Shown here one piece after another: positions 55,045-64,000 of a stretch of 64,000 nt of DNA. The notes beneath the pieces are model-generated. The model saw nothing but the letters and a program-made list of their open reading frames with translations, was not told the origin of the DNA and ran no database searches. Origin of the DNA: Longimicrobiales bacterium (GTDB lineage: Bacteria > Gemmatimonadota > Gemmatimonadetes > Longimicrobiales > Gaopeijiaceae). How positions within the stretch are numbered: the stretch's first letter is position 1; each line of letters begins with the position of its first letter. Where the stretch lies: contig JAWLHJ010000002.1 in the NCBI GenBank assembly GCA_041690395.1, positions 164,697-228,696 of the forward strand. The letters run 5' to 3'. The translations under genes and the position numbers were made by a program.

Positions 55045-55632
55045 GTGACGAAGATCACTTTCACGGATCGCGCCCGCGAGATGGTGCGCTCCTTTCTTTC
55101 GCAGAACGACGCGGCGCTCGAAGCCCTCCGCATCACGCTCGCGGGCGAAGGTCCCGAGCCGCGCTTCGATCTGACCCTGGTCCGCCGCGACGAGCGGGCC
55201 GACGACGAGGTCGAGATCGGAGACGAAGAGTTCGGCGTGGTCGTGAAGGCGGACGACGAGGGCCGGCTCGATGGCGCCACGGTCGACTACGTTGAGCGGG
55301 TCAACGAGAGCGGATTCGAGGTCCGGCTTGCCACGCCGGCCGCCCCCACCCGCCCGAGCGAGCCACCGACCGGCGAGATCGCCGACCGCGTACGGGGCGT
55401 TCTGGAGTCGCAGGTGAATCCCGCGATCGCGGCCCACGGTGGCGTGATTTCGCTCGTGGACGTCAAGGAGAACGACGTTTACGTGGAGATGAGCGGCGGT
55501 TGCCAGGGATGCGCGCTGTCCCGCATGACCCTCCGCCAGGGCGTGGAGCGGATGCTCCGGGAAGCCGTCCCCGAGTTGGCGGCAGTCCACGATGTGACCG
55601 ATCACGAGTCGGGAGAAAACCCCTACCTGTAA
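55045..55632 (+). CDS. nfuA: Fe-S cluster carrier NfuA
   Basis: Degenerate A-type N-domain (ITFTDRA...LDGATVDY) plus NifU-C domain (VNPAIAAHGG, GGCQGC, DVTDHESGENPY). Confidence 0.9.
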   Translation: MTKITFTDRAREMVRSFLSQNDAALEALRITLAGEGPEPRFDLTLVRRDERADDEVEIGDEEFGVVVKADDEGRLDGATVDYVERVNESGFEVRLATPAAPTRPSEPPTGEIADRVRGVLESQVNPAIAAHGGVISLVDVKENDVYVEMSGGCQGCALSRMTLRQGVERMLREAVPELAAVHDVTDHESGENPYL

Positions 55633-55647
55633 CGTTTGGCTCCACCT

Positions 55648-56523
55648 ATGACCCAACGCGGACGGCTGTCGACTGCCGCCGGCGTGACGATCCCGATCCT
55701 GCTCGGGCTCGCCACCGGCCTCGGTGCGCAGACGTGCCCGTCCGCCTGCGTGGGCCCCGCGCGCGGAGCGGTCATCGCGGCAGGGGGAGGTGCGCTGGGC
55801 GACGCCGTCTACGAAGAGTTCGTCCGGCTCGCCGGAGGCCCGGCGGCGCGTATCGTGCTGATCCCCACGGCCGGTGACCAGTACGGGACTCACGACGGCT
55901 GGACCGCGATCGAGCGCCTGAGAAAGGCCGGCGTCACCCGGTTGGAGATCCTCCACACGCGCAGCCGCTCGATCGCCGACCTCGAGGCCTTCACCGCCCC
56001 CCTGCGCGAGGCCACGGGCGTCTGGCTCTCCGGTGGCCGGCAATGGCGCCTCGTGGACGTGTATCTGCACACGCGCACTCATGCGGAGCTCGAGCGCGTC
56101 CTTCAACGCGGTGGCGTCGTCGGGGGAAACTCGGCCGGCGCGTCGGCACTCGCGTCCTTTCTCGTCCGCGGAGGCGAGGCCAACGACGTCATCGCGGCGC
56201 CGGAGCGTGAGGAGGGATTCGGCTTCCTCCGCAACGTCGCCATCGACCAGCACCTGGTCGCGCGTGCCCGCGAGACCGACATGCTCGAGATCCTCAGGGA
56301 TCGGCCGCACCTCCTGGGCATCGGGCTCAACGAGGGCGCTGCACTCGTGGTGACCCGCGACCTGGCGCGCGTCATCGGCAACCCGGTGGCGATCTACGAC
56401 ATCACGGACCCCTCCGTGCTCATCCCGTTGCGCTGGCTGGGGCCGGGAGACATCTACGACCTCGGCAGCCGAAGGATGATCCTCGACGACAGGAACGGCG
56501 CACCCCCGCTCGCCATCCCTTAG
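55648..56523 (+). CDS. Cyanophycinase-like S51 serine peptidase, probably exported
   Basis: AGGG, IVLIPTA, GVWLSGGRQWRL, GGNSAGA nucleophile, IDQH, GIGLNE; hydrophobic N-terminal leader. Confidence 0.85.
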   Translation: MTQRGRLSTAAGVTIPILLGLATGLGAQTCPSACVGPARGAVIAAGGGALGDAVYEEFVRLAGGPAARIVLIPTAGDQYGTHDGWTAIERLRKAGVTRLEILHTRSRSIADLEAFTAPLREATGVWLSGGRQWRLVDVYLHTRTHAELERVLQRGGVVGGNSAGASALASFLVRGGEANDVIAAPEREEGFGFLRNVAIDQHLVARARETDMLEILRDRPHLLGIGLNEGAALVVTRDLARVIGNPVAIYDITDPSVLIPLRWLGPGDIYDLGSRRMILDDRNGAPPLAIP

Positions 56524-56553
56524 GAGGTCACAGGCGTCCGGCGGGCGCCGCCG

Positions 56554-58230
56554 TCAGCGGATGCCGGTCTCCCGAATACGCGCGAGCAGGACACCGTCGA
56601 GTCGATCGCGCGTCACCCTGTCGAGCGTCCCGAGCCGGTCCAGCGCGTTCGTGATCTCCTCCACCAGGTCCCACATGCGGTCACCGATCTCCTCGGTGGC
56701 GGGAACCGCCTCCTCCACCGGGTTCCCGGAGAAGCCACGAGCCGGCGTGTAGACGATGTCCGCCTCGTTGAGCAGCAGGAAGTCGTGGAGCGCCAGCGCC
56801 GCGTCCGAGAGCGAGCCCAGGAGCTCGTATGTCGCCATCCGGCTGTCGCGCGACGCCAGGAAGCCCGAATCCGCGCGCTCGACGATCATCGGGACGACGT
56901 CGGCCTCCAACTCGGTCGAGTCGGCGAGCGCCGCATAGGCGTCGTGAAACGCCTGGAACTCCTCGTCCCGCAGCCGGTCCGCGAACGTCCGGTAGCCGGC
57001 CCAGAACGCACGGACGGCTTCGAAATCGCTGGCGTTACCGAGGTAGATCCCGGCGAGCCATTCCTCCGGGGGCGCTTCGGGCGCCTCTGCTCCGAAAGCC
57101 CCGGACCCGATCCGCTCGAACATCGCGACGAGGGCCTGGTCGGCGAGCTCCCTCATCGGGGGCTCGAGCTCGGCCGGAATCACGGGGATCACGACCGGGG
57201 GACGTGGAGGCGGCGGGACGATCCGGTCGCCGAGCTGCTGCCAGCCGTACCACCCGGCGGCCCCGAGAGCCGCGATGGCCAGGAGGAACAGCGCGGGCTT
57301 CGCCGACCGGCGCCGGCTCGGCCGGCGGCGCGGGGGTGGTCGGCTCGGCCGCGTCGGCGCGGCGGGCCGTGACTCGGAATCGGGCCGTGTGCCGGGCGCG
57401 TCCGACGCCACGGACCTACCCGCGTCGTCATCGTCGAGCCCGGCCGAGAAGTCCATGACGCCGTCGTCGACGTCCATCCCCTCCGGGCCTTCCTGCTCCA
57501 TCCAGGCCGGCGGCGCGGTGGGATCGAAGTCCGACATCGGCGGCTCGAGATCGAGCCCTCCGCCGAACTCGTCCGCGTCCGATCCGTGCGCGCCGAAGTC
57601 GAGCGGAGGCTCCAGGTCGAGACCGCCGTCGGAGGCCTCGTCGTCAGAGGTGGGGTCGTAGGAGAACGGCAGCTCGTCGAAGGACTCCGCCGAACCACCG
57701 ACCTCCTCGTCCGGCGACATGGGATCGTCCGGAGCGAGGTCGAGCCGCAGCTCACCGAAGTCGCTCGGGTCCTGAGGCGCCACCGGCTCCGTGGGACCGT
57801 CGTCAGCACCTGTGGGTCCGCCACCCCCGTCATCGTCACCCCCGCTCGGGGCGAGGGTCAGCCCGAGATCGGCAGCAGTCGCGGGGGGCGTCGGCTCCAC
57901 GGCGTCCGTGGGCTCGTCGTCACCCGCCTCCGCGTTCTCGCCGTCACCCGTCTGGGTGGGCTCGTCGGGCCCAGGCGGCGGCGTAGGCACGAGGAACGTC
58001 TCCCCGGACACGTCCCGGGCCAGCGTATGGTAGATCTCGTGGGAATCCGCCCTCCCCCAACGATCGCTCTGGGCGTCGAAGAGCTCGGTGTCGGGTCCGA
58101 TGGCGCCGAGCTCGATGCGCAGGGCGAGCGCATCCACACTGGGGATGGCGACCTCGTTTCCCTGGGAGTCGATATACGCGAAACGCATGAGGCACTCGTG
58201 CTGAGACGACATCGGCCCCTCACCTGCCAT
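56554..58230 (-). CDS. Single-pass membrane protein: GYF_2-like N-domain, long acidic linker, extracytoplasmic helical domain
   Basis: LALRIELGAIGPDTELFD....WGRA; D/E/P-rich linker; RR-rich stop-transfer then TM. Start may be 58188. Confidence 0.7.
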   Translation of the reverse strand: MAGEGPMSSQHECLMRFAYIDSQGNEVAIPSVDALALRIELGAIGPDTELFDAQSDRWGRADSHEIYHTLARDVSGETFLVPTPPPGPDEPTQTGDGENAEAGDDEPTDAVEPTPPATAADLGLTLAPSGGDDDGGGGPTGADDGPTEPVAPQDPSDFGELRLDLAPDDPMSPDEEVGGSAESFDELPFSYDPTSDDEASDGGLDLEPPLDFGAHGSDADEFGGGLDLEPPMSDFDPTAPPAWMEQEGPEGMDVDDGVMDFSAGLDDDDAGRSVASDAPGTRPDSESRPAAPTRPSRPPPRRRPSRRRSAKPALFLLAIAALGAAGWYGWQQLGDRIVPPPPRPPVVIPVIPAELEPPMRELADQALVAMFERIGSGAFGAEAPEAPPEEWLAGIYLGNASDFEAVRAFWAGYRTFADRLRDEEFQAFHDAYAALADSTELEADVVPMIVERADSGFLASRDSRMATYELLGSLSDAALALHDFLLLNEADIVYTPARGFSGNPVEEAVPATEEIGDRMWDLVEEITNALDRLGTLDRVTRDRLDGVLLARIRETGIR

Positions 58231-58438
58231 GGGGCCACGACCGCCCCAAGTCTAAAGTCACCCACCGCCCCCGGCGAGGGGCCGGACCTTCCCATCCGGC
58301 CGTCCAGCACCGCTACCGCGTAACCGCCCACCTCGAGCGCGCCCCGAGCGGCGCAGCCGGGTCCGAGCGTCTGCTTGTGGGGTCGGAGCGTTCCGATGCA
58401 ACTTGGTGGGTCGTGCTACTTCCCCCGCACACCACGCG

Positions 58439-59572
58439 ATGACGGCGTACGCCCTCCTCTTCCGAATCACGGTACCGATCCTCGCCATCGCGGCCCTCGT
58501 CGGTCAGGTCGCGTACGTCGACGCATTGACCTGGCAGGCCATCGTCCCAGGGCTTTCGGCCGTGGCCGAGGCGCGCTTCACGGTCGTCACGGTCGTGGTC
58601 GCGCACGCCCTGGTGTCGGTCGTGTCCGGCGGTCTGGCGATCGCCCTCGTGCTTCGGCGGTCCCACGAGTCGAGCGGTGCCCCGGAGCTGGCGCTGGCCA
58701 TCGGAGCGTGGGCCTACCTGCTGGCGTATCCCGGGATCGTCGTACTCCTCCGTCCCGACCCGGGAGCACTCCGCGTCGCCTTCGAGGCGCACTTCCTCGT
58801 GATCGAGACGCTCGGGCTGGTCGCACTGCTCCGCTTCACGAGCCTCTTCCCGGCTCCCTACACAGGGGTGGGTAGCGTCGAGGAGGCTCAGGGCTCCGCG
58901 CCTGCCCGGCTGCTCCGCTCGTTTCGGGCCGCGCTCCATCGCCCGACCGTGGCGTGGCTCGCGGCGTTGTTCGTACCCATCGCGCTGGTCGGACTGACCG
59001 TCTCTCGCGGAACGCCCGTCGCGGACGCGGCGCTGCATCCCCTGATGGACGTGTTCCGTATCGCGGTCGCGGTGGCCGTGGTGCTCAACCTCCGAGACTC
59101 CTGGACGGCGGCACGCACCGAGGACCGAGGGGCCCTCGCCTGGCTCCTGGCCGCGCTGTCGCTGCTGCTCGCGTCGGTCCTGCTGGTCATCTGCGGCAAC
59201 ATCCTCTTGTCGGCCACCGCCTGGTCGGATCCCCCGCTCGCTTGGCGCGCGATCCTGCTCGACCTCGGCGTTTTGGGCTTCGTAGCGGGGCTCGCAGCCT
59301 CCCGCCTCGGCCCGCCGGAGGTCGACCCACTGCGTATCGCGCGCCGCATCATCGTCGGCACGGCGTTGACGGTGGTCACGCTGATCTCGGCCACGATCCT
59401 CGAGGTGCTCCTGTCGAGCGGGATCTTCGGGCCGGTGGCCCTTCCGCCGGGACTCGGCGCGGCCATCGCGGCCGCCGGCATCGGATCGGTGTCCCCGGCG
59501 CTCGTCCGTCACTTCGGGCGCCTGCTGGACCACTGGCCGGGAATCCCCGGACCCGAGCGTGTACGAGCCTGA
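58439..59572 (+). CDS. Polytopic membrane protein (about 9-10 TM), sensor-like
   Basis: Repeated hydrophobic helices; LLRFTSLFP and VDPLRIARRIIV segments. Confidence 0.7.
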   Translation: MTAYALLFRITVPILAIAALVGQVAYVDALTWQAIVPGLSAVAEARFTVVTVVVAHALVSVVSGGLAIALVLRRSHESSGAPELALAIGAWAYLLAYPGIVVLLRPDPGALRVAFEAHFLVIETLGLVALLRFTSLFPAPYTGVGSVEEAQGSAPARLLRSFRAALHRPTVAWLAALFVPIALVGLTVSRGTPVADAALHPLMDVFRIAVAVAVVLNLRDSWTAARTEDRGALAWLLAALSLLLASVLLVICGNILLSATAWSDPPLAWRAILLDLGVLGFVAGLAASRLGPPEVDPLRIARRIIVGTALTVVTLISATILEVLLSSGIFGPVALPPGLGAAIAAAGIGSVSPALVRHFGRLLDHWPGIPGPERVRA

Positions 59573-59723
59573 CCCGGCCGGACCCGTGACGAGCGTCCCC
59601 CTCCACCCGAGCGAGAACTTCGCGACGCGTCACAAGCGTCGTGGCCCGCTCGTTGACATCTCGAACGAAGGCCCGGGTGGGTGACGCCGGGGAGGCATCC
59701 AGACAGGTGGCCAGGGAGCCACA

Positions 59724-60236
59724 GTGAGCGAAACGATCGCGATCGCCGTCGACTTCGACGCGGTCTTCGACGAGCACTACACCGCGCTCGTACGGTACGT
59801 CCTCCGACTCACCGGGGACGGGGATGTCGCGGAAGACATCGCCCAGGAGTCGCTGGTCCGGCTGTTCGACCATCGCGTGTCGGGGTCCGGATCCGGCATT
59901 CGGGCCTGGCTGTACAAGACGGCGACGCACCTGGTTCGCGACCGGTACCGCGTCGAGAGCAACCGCCAGCGGCTGCTCGAGCGCAACCCGGTGAAGCCCG
60001 GCGCCCTCGAGTCGCCGGACCGTAGCCTGGAGCGGGACGAGACGCGGGCCGCGGTGAGGGAAGCGCTGGATGCCCTTCCGGAGCGTGACAAGGAGATCCT
60101 CCTCATGCGCTACTCAGGGTTCAGCTACAAAGAGATCGCGTCGGCGGTGGGGGTCGCGGCCACCTCCGTAGGCACGCTGCTGTCACGCGCGGAACAACGA
60201 TTCGCCGAGGCCGTTTCGGCGGGAGAACCGGTATGA
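59724..60236 (+). CDS. ECF sigma-70 family RNA polymerase sigma factor
   Basis: AEDIAQESLVRL, RAWLYKTATHL, MRYSGFSYKEIA, SVGTLLSRAE. AGGGAG RBS. Confidence 0.92.
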   Translation: MSETIAIAVDFDAVFDEHYTALVRYVLRLTGDGDVAEDIAQESLVRLFDHRVSGSGSGIRAWLYKTATHLVRDRYRVESNRQRLLERNPVKPGALESPDRSLERDETRAAVREALDALPERDKEILLMRYSGFSYKEIASAVGVAATSVGTLLSRAEQRFAEAVSAGEPV

Positions 60237-60976
60237 CCCATCTGGATGAAGCCACGGTCGTCGCCCTGCGCGATCGCGAGGAGGCGCCCGAGACCGCACG
60301 CCGGCACGCCGAGGCGTGCGCCGCCTGCGCGGACGCCGTTTCGGAAGCGGAGCGGCGCGCGATCATGATCCACGAGGCCCTCGCTGCTCTGGACGACCCG
60401 GTCGTCGACATCGAAGCGGCTCGGGCCTCGACGAGGGCCCGGCTCGACGATGCCTCGGAGCGCACGCTCCGGGCCGGCGGCTGGTGGATGCCGGCCCACA
60501 TGGGCCGGGCGGCGGCGGTCCTGCTCGTCGCGGCCGGAGCCGTCTCGGCGCTGCCGGGGTCCCCCGTCCGCCAGTGGATCGCCGGCGGCGAGGCCGGCCC
60601 GTCTCCCGACCCCGCGGTCCGGATGGCACCCGAGCAGGAGGCGCAGTCGGCCGGAGTGACCGTTCCCGTCGTGAGCACGGGGATCCGCGTCATCGTGAGC
60701 AGCCTGGGGCCGCTCGCCCGCCTCGAGGTCGTCTGGGTGGACGGAAGCTCCGCCCGGGTCGACGCGCCTCCGGGCAGCCGCTTCAGCTACGCCGAGGGCC
60801 GGGTCGAAGCGCTCGTCGCGGGCGGACCGGTGCGAATCGAGTTGCCACGATCCGGAGCACCCGTCACGGTGGAGGTGGACGGTGTGCCGTACCTGAGCCG
60901 GGACGGAGACGTGGTCGAGGTGACGGGTCCGGTCGGGGAGCAGACCGACTCACGCATCCTGTTCGTCTCGCCGTAG
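60233..60976 (+). CDS. ZAS-type transmembrane anti-sigma factor with beta-rich periplasmic domain
   Basis: HAEACAAC, TM (RAAAVLLVAAGAVSALPGSPVRQW), beta-rich C-terminus; ATGA overlap with the sigma gene. Confidence 0.75.
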   Translation: MTHLDEATVVALRDREEAPETARRHAEACAACADAVSEAERRAIMIHEALAALDDPVVDIEAARASTRARLDDASERTLRAGGWWMPAHMGRAAAVLLVAAGAVSALPGSPVRQWIAGGEAGPSPDPAVRMAPEQEAQSAGVTVPVVSTGIRVIVSSLGPLARLEVVWVDGSSARVDAPPGSRFSYAEGRVEALVAGGPVRIELPRSGAPVTVEVDGVPYLSRDGDVVEVTGPVGEQTDSRILFVSP

Positions 60977-60980
60977 TCCC

Positions 60981-63326
60981 ATGAAGATCCCCATTCGCCT
61001 CCTCGGTGCGCGCGGCGGCCGCCGGACACCCGTCGGGTGCTCGGCACTCCTGGTCGCGCTCGCCTTGTACGTCGTCCCGTCCGGGCCGGCCTCCGCGCTG
61101 ACGGCCCAGGCTCGGGAGACCGCCCGGGACGCGGGGATCCGCGGCACGGTCGAGGGCAGCTTCCAGGGAGGCACGCGCCCCCTGGCGTTCGCCACCGTGC
61201 GAATCACCGCCGGTGGCTCGGAGTGGTCGGCGGCCGCCGACAGCCTCGGACGATACCGGGTCGATTCCCTACCCGCGGGAAGGATCGTGCTGCGCGCGTC
61301 ACACGCGGGACACGCGCCGGTGGAGCTCGTCGTCTCCCTGCCCCGGGGCGAGACGGTCGACGTGGATCTCGAGCTGGTCGCCACGCCGATCCCGATCGCA
61401 CCGCTCGACGTCAGGGGGCGACGCGAAGCCCTTTCGGTACCGGACCCGGGTCGCAGGAGCGCCGAAGCGCCCGCAAGACCGATGTCGGAGGTCGAGATCC
61501 AGGCCCTCGACGTGGCTCCCGGCGTGGGACATGAAGGGCTCCTGGACGCCGTGCGGGCGCTACCCGGCAACGACCCCGCCGACGCCAGCGACATCCTGTA
61601 CATGCGTGGATCGACGACGGACCTGAAGCTCGTGCTCCTCGATGGCGTCCCGGTCTACACGCCGTTCCACGTAGCCGGCCTGATGCGGACCTTCGAGCCG
61701 ACGGTGCTCGGCTCCGCGGAGCTCCACGTGGGAGGAGCGCCCGCGAGGCACGACGGTGGCCTCACGCACATCCTCGAGCTCAAGACGCGCACCGCCCGAC
61801 GCGACCGGCTCCGGATGTCGGGCGCCGTCGACCTCATGACGGCGTCGGCCGCCATCGAAACGCCCCTCGGGTCCCGGGCGGGCCTGCTCGCCTCCAGCCG
61901 GACCCTCCACGACCTCGGGCGCGCCCCGCTCGGTGGAGAGCGCCCGTACGGCTACCGGGACGCCCTGATCGCCTTCGACGCCGAGCCGGCCGAGGGTCAC
62001 CGGATCGGGGTCACTGCGTTCGCCAACTCGGAGGCGGTGCTGCTCGACTTCGCGCTCGCTCCCGACGACGCCCGCTGGTCGAACAGGGCGGCCGCGGCTT
62101 CGTACACGCGGGACTTCGGGGGCGCGACGATGGTGACGCGGGTCGGCGCGAGCGGATACGACGCCACTCTGCCCCTGCAGGGATCGGCCACGCCGGGCGG
62201 CCCACCACCGACCACCCTGCTCGCGACCGGCGCCACCGAGCGGCTCCGTCTCGTCACCGAGCTCGCCTGGGGATCAGCGGACGAGCCGATGCGCGCGGGG
62301 CTGTCGCACGAACGCATGGCCGCCGCCTTCAAGGCGGTCGGAACGGACGACGAGCGCACGAGCGAGAACCGCGGGCGGGCCGAGCGCACCGGAGCGTTCT
62401 TCGAGGGAACGCTCGGCGTGGGGCCCGGCGTCACCTTCAGAGCCGGTCTGCGCGCCGATTACTTCCCCGGCTTCGGCGTCCGGGGAGCACCACGCGCGGC
62501 GTTCCTCTGGGAAGTCGGCCCGGACGCACTCGTGACCATCGCGGCCGGACGGTACCACCAGCCGACGCGGAGCGTCGACCCGGCCGTCGAGCACACGCTG
62601 GTCGATGTCTCCGGTGAGGGGCTGCAGACCGACGAAGTCCTCCCCGTGGCGACGGCCGACCACGTGGTGCTCTCGCTGAAGCAGCGGATGGGGCGGTCCG
62701 TGAGCATGGGATTGGAGGGCTTCTTCAAGCGCTTCGACGGGCTGCACGGGACGGGTCGCGAGACGGTCCGGAGCTCGGGCGTCGACCTGAGGATCCTCAC
62801 CGCCGGCGAGGACGCGTCGGCCTGGATCGGCTACGGGCTTTCGTGGTTCTGGTCCGGTACGGACTTCGCGGGTCGGACCGCCGACTTCACGGGCCGTCAC
62901 CTCCTCACCGCCGGTCTCAGCGGGCAGTTGGCCGGGCCGATCTCCGGGGAGGCTCGGCTGTCCTACGGAGCCGGCCTCCCGTATACCAGCGTGCCCCTTC
63001 CGAGCTCCGTCTCCGAGGACATGGCACCAGGCCTCGAAGGGGTGGACAGGGTCCCGCAAGTCACATCCGCGTCGGGCGGGGGCACCCAACCCCTCGTGAG
63101 CGGACTCGACGAGGAGTTCCTGCGCGTCGACCTCGAGCTGCAGGCTCGCTTCGACCAGGAGTGGGGCGGGCATCCGTGGACGCTCAGACCCTATGTCCGG
63201 ATCCTGAACGCCCTCGATCGCCGGGACGCGATGTTCTACACCTTCCAGCCGTGGCGGGACGAGGCGCTCACACCACTGGCGACCCGCTCGCTCATCCCCT
63301 TACTCGGTGTGGCGTTCACGTTTTAG
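60981..63326 (+). CDS. TonB-dependent receptor with N-terminal carboxypeptidase-regulatory-like domain
   Basis: Signal peptide; IRGTV...ADSLGRYR, LYMRGS...LVLLDGVPVYTPFH plug, GGAPARHDG, AGRYHQ, C-terminal FTF. Confidence 0.85.
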   Translation: MKIPIRLLGARGGRRTPVGCSALLVALALYVVPSGPASALTAQARETARDAGIRGTVEGSFQGGTRPLAFATVRITAGGSEWSAAADSLGRYRVDSLPAGRIVLRASHAGHAPVELVVSLPRGETVDVDLELVATPIPIAPLDVRGRREALSVPDPGRRSAEAPARPMSEVEIQALDVAPGVGHEGLLDAVRALPGNDPADASDILYMRGSTTDLKLVLLDGVPVYTPFHVAGLMRTFEPTVLGSAELHVGGAPARHDGGLTHILELKTRTARRDRLRMSGAVDLMTASAAIETPLGSRAGLLASSRTLHDLGRAPLGGERPYGYRDALIAFDAEPAEGHRIGVTAFANSEAVLLDFALAPDDARWSNRAAAASYTRDFGGATMVTRVGASGYDATLPLQGSATPGGPPPTTLLATGATERLRLVTELAWGSADEPMRAGLSHERMAAAFKAVGTDDERTSENRGRAERTGAFFEGTLGVGPGVTFRAGLRADYFPGFGVRGAPRAAFLWEVGPDALVTIAAGRYHQPTRSVDPAVEHTLVDVSGEGLQTDEVLPVATADHVVLSLKQRMGRSVSMGLEGFFKRFDGLHGTGRETVRSSGVDLRILTAGEDASAWIGYGLSWFWSGTDFAGRTADFTGRHLLTAGLSGQLAGPISGEARLSYGAGLPYTSVPLPSSVSEDMAPGLEGVDRVPQVTSASGGGTQPLVSGLDEEFLRVDLELQARFDQEWGGHPWTLRPYVRILNALDRRDAMFYTFQPWRDEALTPLATRSLIPLLGVAFTF

Positions 63327-63485
63327 CCCTGCTCACGCCCTTCAGGAAAGGGGTGACACTTCCGCCCGTGGCGATCCGTATGGTATGCAGAAGGCGGTCC
63401 GAAGCGGCGACTGCCCTTGACCCGGGACCCGGCGCGGCCCTATTTGTCCGCGTCGCGGTCCGACCGAATGAAACCAGGAGCTAGA

Positions 63486-63917
63486 ATGTCCGAGAAAGGT
63501 GGCAACCGGATTCGCATCGTCCTCCGATGGATCCAGATCAAGGACAATAAGGAAGCCATGTGGGACGACGAGGGCGAGTTCCGCTTTCGCGCCAAAGTGA
63601 CCACCGCCGGCCAGACCCACGAGGTCGAGCTGCCCAAGGAGGGGTACTGGTCGATCTCGGACCACCCCCGCAGGAACAAGGTCGACAAGATCGACAAGGT
63701 CCTGTTCGAGGGCGACGTCGGCGACAACCTGGTGGTGGAGCTTCTCGGAACCGAGCTCGACCAGCTGACGCCGAACGACGAGCTCGAGACGTATCGGCGC
63801 GAGTACACGGGCGACGTCGCCGGGTGGCTCGGTCGGCATCAGCCGACTGACGAAGGCTCCGACGATCCGGAGAACCTCAGCGACTGGCGCGTCTGCTACG
63901 ACATCGAGCGCGCCTGA
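63486..63917 (+). CDS. Hypothetical protein, possible stand-alone C2-like domain
   Basis: AGGAG RBS; beta-strand pattern with acidic loops (KDNKEAMWDDEGE; ELDQLTPND). Confidence 0.7.
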   Translation: MSEKGGNRIRIVLRWIQIKDNKEAMWDDEGEFRFRAKVTTAGQTHEVELPKEGYWSISDHPRRNKVDKIDKVLFEGDVGDNLVVELLGTELDQLTPNDELETYRREYTGDVAGWLGRHQPTDEGSDDPENLSDWRVCYDIERA

Positions 63918-64000
63918 CGCCCTCCACGGGAGACATGATCTCCCGGGATTCGTCCAGAGAGCCGCGGGGGGGGGCGGGGCCCCCCCCCGGGGGGGGGTGT

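Noticed and set aside
59653..59710. Perfect TTGACA and a GGGTGAC motif also present at 63351
   Set aside because: No -10 element at correct spacing after TTGACA; sequences downstream of the two GGGTGAC copies do not align at equal spacing.
63960..64000. G/C homopolymer runs at the window end (G-quadruplex or repeat?)
   Set aside because: Low complexity at the sequence edge; most likely a read or assembly artefact and cannot be evaluated.

Overview
High-GC (roughly 70% by eye) bacterial chromosomal window with about 60 densely packed CDS. Gene content and style suggest Gemmatimonadota; this is inference, with no rRNA or marker test. I saw no tRNA, rRNA, CRISPR array, transposase, integrase or prophage. 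Contents in order: PAS sensor kinase (truncated by the left edge), cytochrome c lipoprotein, mobA-mobB fusion, fdhD, HD-GYP response regulator, methyltransferase, cytochrome b561, a DapF-like epimerase with both catalytic Cys replaced by Ser, a DUF5916-type outer-membrane protein, a small secreted Cys-rich peptide, a metH-yitJ operon behind a SAM-II-like riboswitch and terminator (metH has no canonical start codon before its conserved N-terminus), LysM/BON, VOC, PPK2, a stand-alone MTHFR-like gene, pepP, a TonB receptor, thrC, three ECF sigma/anti-sigma modules (with a PDZ protein, a MacAB-TolC-type exporter and a TonB receptor), HNH, priA, M24 peptidase, CcmH, HDAC-family deacetylase, carB, an unannotated MetS-like 38-aa membrane peptide, an M6 protease with a partner lipoprotein, nth, NSS transporter, mscL, glyQS, nfuA, a cyanophycinase-like S51 peptidase, a GYF_2-like acidic membrane protein and a C2-like protein. 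The best candidate for an undescribed system is the M6 protease ending in a dockerin/EF-hand-like tag, translationally coupled to a cohesin-like lipoprotein, which would form a possible two-part surface-display module. The SAM-II/terminator/ATA-start metH leader and the Ser/Ser DapF-like enzyme come next.
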